Virus record (IMG/VR): IMGVR_UViG_3300010158_000057 | DNA length: 20,000 bases | Direction: 5' to 3' (one strand) | Source of the DNA: an uncultured virus (IMG/VR IMGVR_UViG_3300010158_000057) | Taxonomy: Duplodnaviria > Heunggongvirae > Uroviricota > Caudoviricetes | Shown here: positions 15,546-20,000 of the stretch, piece after piece | How positions within the stretch are numbered: position 1 is the first letter of the stretch | How the letters are laid out: each line of letters begins with the position of its first letter | Program-made: the position numbers and the translations under genes | The notes under the pieces: model-generated | What the model was told of the DNA's origin: nothing | The model's input: the letters and a program-made list of their open reading frames with translations, nothing else | Databases searched by the model: none

Positions 15546-15809
15546 ATGAGTCCCGATGGAAGTTACAACGGCTATCAAAACTACCAGACATGGAATGTTT
15601 GTCTGTGGATCAGTAATGATGAAAATATGTATAGTCTGGCAAAGCAGTGTACCTCTTACGATCATTTCAAGATTTTGATTCGTGAGATTTTTACCAAAGA
15701 CCCTATTCGATTCGAAACACCCGATTGTGTGGCTTGGAATGATAGTGGTATCAATATGGCAGAAATGGAAGAATACTGGGCAGAAAGTTTTTCTAAAGTT
15801 TGTGCTTGA
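15546..15809 (+). CDS. Hypothetical phage protein
   Basis: 87 aa with a YNGYQNYQTWNVCLWISNDE motif of the kind seen in small phage proteins. Confidence 0.75.
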   Translation: MSPDGSYNGYQNYQTWNVCLWISNDENMYSLAKQCTSYDHFKILIREIFTKDPIRFETPDCVAWNDSGINMAEMEEYWAESFSKVCA

Positions 15810-15834
15810 CAAACGACGATAATTAGTGTAGACT
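15806..15834 (+). promoter_or_regulatory. Sigma-70-type promoter
   Basis: TTGACA-17-TAGACT with CGATAAT in the spacer. Confidence 0.7.
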
Positions 15835-15879
15835 TGTGGCATGGATGTTGTGATCGGTTTTCAATTTGAAAGGGTTTCT

Positions 15880-16284
15880 ATGAGTGATGTGATTCTGTTT
15901 GGTTCGATTCTTGCGGCTGTTGCCGCTGCTGTTGTGGGTTTCGTCTTCTATTCGGTCTATGGTGGATCGAAGGCTAGCTTGGCGAATGCTCAAGAGGGTC
16001 AGGTTTTCAACTTTGTTTACGAGCAGCCTTTGCATGGAACGCATGAGCGTTTTCTGGCTAAGGTGATCGGCAAGCAGACGCTGACTGCTGACCAGATTAA
16101 GAGACTGAATCGAAAGAGTCGATATCGTATCAATGATCCTGAGTTTGTGCGTACTACCAATCTGGTAACGTGTCGAACTGCGGATGGTAAGGTGCGTAAT
16201 TTCTACGCAGAGCGAGTGACGAAGTGCCGAAAGCCTCTTCTGGCTGGTGCTTTGTTCAAGAGCGGGTTTGCTAACCTGTTCTAA
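15880..16284 (+). CDS. Membrane-anchored protein with WYL-like domain
   Basis: N-terminal TM (ILFGSILAAVAAAVVGFVFY), then VFNFVY...HERF...DGKVRNFYAERV, resembling the WYL 'F.Y...R...R.F..dRI' pattern. Confidence 0.65.
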   Translation: MSDVILFGSILAAVAAAVVGFVFYSVYGGSKASLANAQEGQVFNFVYEQPLHGTHERFLAKVIGKQTLTADQIKRLNRKSRYRINDPEFVRTTNLVTCRTADGKVRNFYAERVTKCRKPLLAGALFKSGFANLF

Positions 16285-16320
16285 AAACTAGCAGTCTCTG
16301 CCTACTAACTGACCAACCCC

Positions 16321-16398
16321 TAACCCTTTGACACCAAAGGACTTAGGGCGAGGTCGGCCCGCCCGGCGCGTCGTAAGTCTTTATGCCACAATACTTTA
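16321..16398. repeat. 78-bp double-palindrome element, copy 8
   Basis: TAACCCTTT-N7-AAGGACTTA / 28 bp / TAAGTCTTT-N7-AATACTTTA. Confidence 0.9.
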
Positions 16399-16429
16399 CG
16401 ACAATCTTTTATTGCTCAAGTTTTTCCTC

Positions 16430-16458
16430 TTGACAGGCCGATAATAGTAGTGTAGAAT
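16430..16458 (+). promoter_or_regulatory. Sigma-70-type promoter
   Basis: TTGACA-17-TAGAAT with CGATAATAG in the spacer. Confidence 0.8.
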
Positions 16459-16482
16459 ATGGGGAATCAAAAGGAGAAAAAG

Positions 16483-16749
16483 ATGTTTATAGATAAGCCG
16501 TATGCTCTGAGAGATGTCGTGACTCGCACTGTGGAAGGTGATATTGTTAGGTTCAGCGGCTACAGTGTTGGTGGTCGTCCGTTCTGTATCTCAACCAAAC
16601 TCAGTGATGCCAATGAGTGGCTGAATGGTGGTTTGATTCAGAATTGCTTCCCGTATCTTGGTGCTGATGATCGTGAGATTCTGAAAACAGGGCTTGATGC
16701 TCAAGATTGGGAAGAAATGTTTGCTGGCTCAGAGGAGGAAGAAGTATGA
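16483..16749 (+). CDS. Hypothetical phage protein
   Basis: 88 aa, AAGGAG RBS; GLIQNCFPYLGADDREILKTG motif. Confidence 0.75.
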   Translation: MFIDKPYALRDVVTRTVEGDIVRFSGYSVGGRPFCISTKLSDANEWLNGGLIQNCFPYLGADDREILKTGLDAQDWEEMFAGSEEEEV

Positions 16750-16895
16750 TTACCGATACATACATGGTCATGAAGGGTACTAAGATTGTAGGCTATGTTC
16801 ATGCGTACAGTTCTTATCATGCGTTGTCTATGGCTGAAAAGCTATACGGGAAGAATTTGATGCTTGAAAGAATCTCTCGTGTTTGTCCCTCCTAA
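16746..16895 (+). CDS. Small hypothetical protein (49 aa)
   Basis: GGAGG RBS and ATGA overlap. Confidence 0.65.
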   Translation: MITDTYMVMKGTKIVGYVHAYSSYHALSMAEKLYGKNLMLERISRVCPS

Positions 16896-16939
16896 CCCTA
16901 CGGGGTTGGGCTGGGTGGGCATAGTCAGCACATAGTCAG
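16892..16939 (+). repeat. Second repeat family, copy 2 (hairpin + tandem ATAGTCAG)
   Basis: CTAACCCTACGGGGTTGGG...ATAGTCAGCACATAGTCAG. Confidence 0.7.
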
Positions 16940-16942
16940 GGG

Positions 16943-16971
16943 TTGACAAAGAGTCTTTAATAGAGTATACT
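16943..16971 (+). promoter_or_regulatory. Sigma-70-type promoter
   Basis: TTGACA-17-TATACT. Confidence 0.75.
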
Positions 16972-16989
16972 TGGAGTAAGGAGAAAATT

Positions 16990-17196
16990 ATGCTGACAAG
17001 TGAAGAAAAAGGTTTGATTGCTGGTCGTGTGGCTAGTTTTGCTATGAAGATGATTATACAGGCTATTGATTATAATCCTGAGCTTATGACCGCAGAACTG
17101 GATAAGTTTCAGGCTTTTATCTGTGGTGCTCTTGAGATTGCCAAGAGGGATGGGGTGGTTAGGGTTCGTGAGTCTATTGGGGCTAGTAACAACTAA
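16990..17196 (+). CDS. Small hypothetical protein
   Basis: 68 aa, TAAGGAG RBS; stop 3 nt before element copy 9. Confidence 0.75.
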   Translation: MLTSEEKGLIAGRVASFAMKMIIQAIDYNPELMTAELDKFQAFICGALEIAKRDGVVRVRESIGASNN

Positions 17197-17199
17197 TCG

Positions 17200-17277
17200 T
17201 AAGTCCTTATCCTTAAACAACTTAGGGATAGGGCGGGCGGCCCTGCTTGACATAAGTACTTATGGTCTATAGAGTTA
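17200..17277. repeat. 78-bp double-palindrome element, copy 9
   Basis: TAAGTCCTT-N7-AACAACTTA / 28 bp / TAAGTACTT-N7-ATAGAGTTA. Confidence 0.9.
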
Positions 17278-17317
17278 CGTCAATCTAAAAATTTTTCAGA
17301 ATTTCTGTAGAGAGGGC

Positions 17318-17346
17318 TTGACAATTGACGATAATAGATGTAGAAT
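17318..17346 (+). promoter_or_regulatory. Sigma-70-type promoter of the putative ncRNA
   Basis: TTGACA-17-TAGAAT with CGATAATAG in the spacer. Confidence 0.8.
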
Positions 17347-17352
17347 ACGAGA

Positions 17353-18335
17353 GTTCGAGCCGATCATTGACAATACGACGCGGGTTGCAAGGTTGCAATG
17401 AGCAACTCCCCAATAGCTACCATGGGAGCTGGGAAGTTAAATAGGTGGTCAAGTTCATGGTTTATTCCAAAAGACGAAACCACCCACCCGCACAATACAA
17501 GCAGATGAGGGCCGCTGGCAGAATGATATCAAAGAAGCCACGGTTAAATGCAAGGCCGAGTATGGCATAACCCAATCTGATTGTGAACACCCTCGCAGCG
17601 ACGGTTAGTCGTTGTGCATAACCTAATGAAGAGGGGACGCGGGATAATAAAGATGTGACTCCCGCACAACACAAGCGAACTGAAAGAACTCGCCAAGAGA
17701 CCCAACGGTCACACTTGGGAGAGAATGAGAGAAAGGAGCTTCAGTTCCAAAGCCCGTGGGTCCATGCCTTGGACTAGGTTGGGTAACTCATTACGATAAG
17801 CACCGCATGTCGCGGCAGCGATGGTGCTGACAGTGTTGGTTACGCACTGGATAGTAATGCCAATCTATGGGGGATCGCGTCCCCACCACGTTATAATACA
17901 ATCCGGTATTATCCTTCATCGGGTAATGGAGTGAATTAACACCACGGCGCTAAAACCGTGTCTTATCTTTCATCGGGTAAGATCGCTGAACTAACAGCCG
18001 GATACCGAACAACCAGTAACCGTCGCCTCTGAGCCTCTGTGTATGTTGGAGTCATGACCCAAAGGAAGCAGCGTGGACGGTTTCCACTAAGTAATTGCCT
18101 ATTCGGGGCATTTAAATACCGAGTCTTAGGTGGATTATAGAACCGGATCGTAAATGGTTCGCTGGTTATAAACAGGGGTCGGATAGATACCACAGGGTAA
18201 CTTGTGGTTGGTAATGTGCGTGATACCGGACACTTATTGTAAAACTATCGTAGTGATAAAAACAAGCACGTCCTAGCGGCGTATGGGGTGCGATTCCCAT
18301 ATCATTGCAAGTCGATCCATTTACAACCGGTATAC
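17353..18335 (+). ncRNA. Candidate large structured non-coding RNA (about 950-980 nt; GOLLD/ROOL size class, family unassigned)
   Basis: No plus-strand ORF of 60 aa or more behind a strong promoter. More than 20 nested complementary segments found by eye, a GUAA tetraloop, duplicated hairpins and a boxA-like leader. Boundaries are approximate. Confidence 0.7.
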
Positions 18336-18353
18336 AATACTCTCCGTGAGACG

Positions 18354-18431
18354 TAAGTTCCAGTGAACAAAGGACTTGCGTCAAAACCGGCCCGCCGAAT
18401 TTGTTCTAACTCATTATACCACAAAACTTTA
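18354..18431. repeat. 78-bp double-palindrome element, copy 10
   Basis: TAAGTTCCA-N7-AAGGACTTG / 28 bp / TAACTCATT-N7-AAAACTTTA. Confidence 0.85.
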
Positions 18432-18462
18432 CGTCAAAAAGAATCTTCTAAAGAAAACTCCA

Positions 18463-18491
18463 TTGACAGGTCGATAATAGTAGTGTAGAAT
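18463..18491 (+). promoter_or_regulatory. Sigma-70-type promoter
   Basis: TTGACA-17-TAGAAT, nearly identical to the promoter at 16430. Confidence 0.8.
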
Positions 18492-18515
18492 GGCTTGACA
18501 CAAGAGGAGAATGTC

Positions 18516-18728
18516 ATGTTGAATGTCACACCAGAACTGATTGCTGAAGCAAAAGAACTTGCTAATGATAACTATGAGAGTTGGGGTCAGTATATCGTAG
18601 AATGCTATGAGGATAGTGAGTTGGCCGAAAGCCTTGAAGATTTTGACAGCCTAGACGAATGGGTTGAAGTTAGAATCTCGATAGCAAATATATACGAGGA
18701 AAGAGAAGCTTTTTATAGGTATGAATAA
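18516..18728 (+). CDS. Acidic small protein
   Basis: 70 aa, GAGGAG RBS, D/E-rich. Confidence 0.75.
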   Translation: MLNVTPELIAEAKELANDNYESWGQYIVECYEDSELAESLEDFDSLDEWVEVRISIANIYEEREAFYRYE

Positions 18729-18885
18729 AAACGAGGCGATCATTAAGATTTTGAGGGTTTTAAGGAGCCAATCGGCTGCTGTAAATAAACCCAATCGGGA
18801 AGAGGCATTGACTTTAGCAGATGAGCATGGTATAACTGCTAAGGAATTGATTGACACATGGGTAGAAATTTGTCGAAATATATAA
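18721..18885 (+). CDS. Small hypothetical protein (54 aa, not in ORF track)
   Basis: Overlaps both neighbours (8 nt, and TAATG). Confidence 0.55.
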   Translation: MNKNEAIIKILRVLRSQSAAVNKPNREEALTLADEHGITAKELIDTWVEICRNI

Positions 18886-19112
18886 TGAACTGGAATTATA
18901 ATAATCCTGTTATAAATGGATTCTATATCTGTTGTGTTAAAGATTACTCTTTTCCTTTTACTCTGTCCTGGAATAAAGAGCTTGGTGGTTGGGGTGAGTG
19001 GTGGCACGGTGAGTATGATGATGGGCCAGCAGAATGGAAACAATTTGACAATTCATTAGTGGTGTGTTATACTAGCTTTCAAGGAATTCCTATGCCAGAG
19101 GGTTGGAAATGA
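18885..19112 (+). CDS. Trp-rich small hypothetical protein
   Basis: 75 aa from the TAATG-coupled ATG 18885. Confidence 0.65.
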   Translation: MNWNYNNPVINGFYICCVKDYSFPFTLSWNKELGGWGEWWHGEYDDGPAEWKQFDNSLVVCYTSFQGIPMPEGWK

Positions 19113-19234
19113 TCTATCTAAATATTAACGAGATTGAGCGGTTGGCCGAAATTGTGGCCGAACTGGTTAAACTGAACATGTGTGTGGTTGCTGAGTTGAA
19201 GGGAACTAAGTGGAGTATTGAGGTGACTAAATGA
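19109..19234 (+). CDS. Small hypothetical protein (41 aa, not in ORF track)
   Basis: ATGA overlaps on both sides, GAGGG RBS. Confidence 0.55.
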   Translation: MIYLNINEIERLAEIVAELVKLNMCVVAELKGTKWSIEVTK

Positions 19235-19398
19235 ATGAATCACAAATATTTATTGGTGATATTGATGAATATTACTGTGACGCTGTAGATGGAAATAAGA
19301 GATGGGCAGTATGGAATAGTAATGGACTTCTTGGTAGGTTTTATACAGAGGAAGCGGCAGAGAATTTTGCTAAAGAGGTGCAAAATGGAATGGATTAG
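19231..19398 (+). CDS. Small hypothetical protein (55 aa, not in ORF track)
   Basis: GAGGTG RBS and ATGA overlap. Confidence 0.6.
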   Translation: MNESQIFIGDIDEYYCDAVDGNKRWAVWNSNGLLGRFYTEEAAENFAKEVQNGMD

Positions 19399-19648
19399 TT
19401 TCTTTGGGCCTCGCCGCCCTATTAATGGACAAAAGATCATCTATTATGGTGAGCCTATTGGTGTGTGGCGTGGAAAGTATAGGATAAACTATAATGATCC
19501 TTTTTGTATTCATAATATTGATTGTGGTGAAGCTCCCGGCAATGTTGATTATTTTGACGTTCCTTGGTGGATGCCAGATGAGGGGCAACCAAAACCACCG
19601 CCACCAGAACAACCTTACCCACCAGATTATCCAAGTCCTTGCTGCTAA
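19385..19648 (+). CDS. Small hypothetical protein (MEWIS-type N-terminus, Pro-rich tail)
   Basis: GAGGTG RBS before ATG 19385; stop TAA lies inside element copy 11. Confidence 0.65.
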   Translation: MEWISFFGPRRPINGQKIIYYGEPIGVWRGKYRINYNDPFCIHNIDCGEAPGNVDYFDVPWWMPDEGQPKPPPPEQPYPPDYPSPCC

Positions 19649-19709
19649 AAGACTTAGCTCAAGGGCGGGCGGCCGAATCTGTCGTAAGTCCTTACCTCTA
19701 AAGGATTTG
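19632..19709. repeat. 78-bp double-palindrome element, copy 11
   Basis: CAAGTCCTT-N7-AAAGACTTA / 28 bp / TAAGTCCTT-N7-AAGGATTTG. Confidence 0.9.
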
Positions 19710-19739
19710 CGTCTAGAAATAATTTTTCAAGATTCTCCC

Positions 19740-19768
19740 TTGACGATGCCGATAATAGATGGTAGACT
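19740..19768 (+). promoter_or_regulatory. Sigma-70-type promoter
   Basis: TTGACG-17-TAGACT with CGATAATAG in the spacer and TGn extension. Confidence 0.7.
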
Positions 19769-19793
19769 AAAGGCTCACAAGAGGAGGTTGATT

Positions 19794-20000
19794 ATGTATC
19801 TGGTGTTGATGGTTCAGCATGACCGAGTGGTTCATGTGAAGGCATTTCGCAGCTTTGATCTGGCCACGTTCCATGCAGACGCACTGGTGATGGATCAGAT
19901 CGGGGTCGGCAACGATATGCCCGATTGGGAAGATAGCGATTACCGTAATGTGTTTACCGCACCAAACGGTATTTCGATTATGATCGAACCGTGCGATGAG
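19794..20000 (+). CDS. Hypothetical protein, 3' truncated by the window edge
   Basis: GAGGAGG RBS; open frame MYLVLMVQHDRVVHVKAF... to the end of the window. Confidence 0.7.
   Translation, partial: MYLVLMVQHDRVVHVKAFRSFDLATFHADALVMDQIGVGNDMPDWEDSDYRNVFTAPNGISIMIEPCDE

Noticed and set aside
18230..18310. tRNA or tmRNA suggested by the T-arm-like GGGGTGCGATTCCC
   Set aside because: No acceptor stem, D arm, anticodon arm or CCA end could be built. Treated as a hairpin of the larger RNA.
17353..18335. Group II intron or RNase P identity for the structured region
   Set aside because: It does not interrupt a gene, GTGCG at 18216 is near the 3' end rather than the start, and I found no domain V or RNase P GAGGAAAGUCC motif. 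A covariance search is still needed.
17462..18384. Minus-strand ORFs 17462-17674, 17963-18193 and 18166-18384
   Set aside because: Short, no convincing RBS, atypical composition, and opposite to the orientation of the whole region.
9104..19612. Other minus-strand ORFs in the right half (e.g. 9493-10017, 11248-11808, 14887-15393, 15459-15842, 18651-19043)
   Set aside because: They are shadows of plus-strand genes that have promoters and RBSs, and several cross promoters or repeats.
9075..19709. CRISPR array interpretation of the repeats
   Set aside because: Copies are 0.7-1.4 kb apart with genes between them, are degenerate, and no cas gene is visible.
9075..19709. Canonical integron attC sites
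   Set aside because: No consistent RYYYAAC...GTTRRRY ends, the 7-bp cores of boxes A and B do not pair, each module has its own promoter and no intI is in the window. Kept only as an analogy.
9075..19709. Element as intrinsic terminator, CIRCE or dif site
   Set aside because: No U-tract after the GC core. The sequence does not match CIRCE (TTAGCACTC-N9-GAGTGCTAA) or the dif 11-6-11 consensus.

Overview
This window looks like part of a large (jumbo-type) bacteriophage genome with two halves. Left half (1-8960, AT-rich, mostly minus strand): the 5' end of gmd, an HTH/coiled-coil protein, a sigma-70-like factor with a Cys-rich insert, a divergent small HTH gene, five uncharacterised genes (at least one virion-like), a secreted Tyr/Pro/Val-rich protein and an intact glmS. 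Right half (about 9075-20000, all plus strand): an early/host-takeover-like array of about 35 tiny ORFs driven by about 20 near-consensus sigma-70 promoters. This array is divided roughly every 1 kb by 11 copies of a 78-bp element with invariant geometry: two 9-7-9 palindromes (TAAGTNCTT-N7-AAGNACTTA) 28 bp apart, with a GGC-SS-GCC octamer on the dyad axis. Upstream ORFs stop at or inside the element and a promoter follows every copy. One module has no protein gene but a roughly 950-nt, densely base-paired sequence behind a strong promoter and a boxA-like motif, a candidate large structured ncRNA. Other motifs include two antisense sigma-54-type promoters 8 bp from the element, a helically phased CCTTAC-N6-GYAAGG palindrome and a CGATAA motif within promoters. 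All calls were made by eye; no database search or folding program was run.
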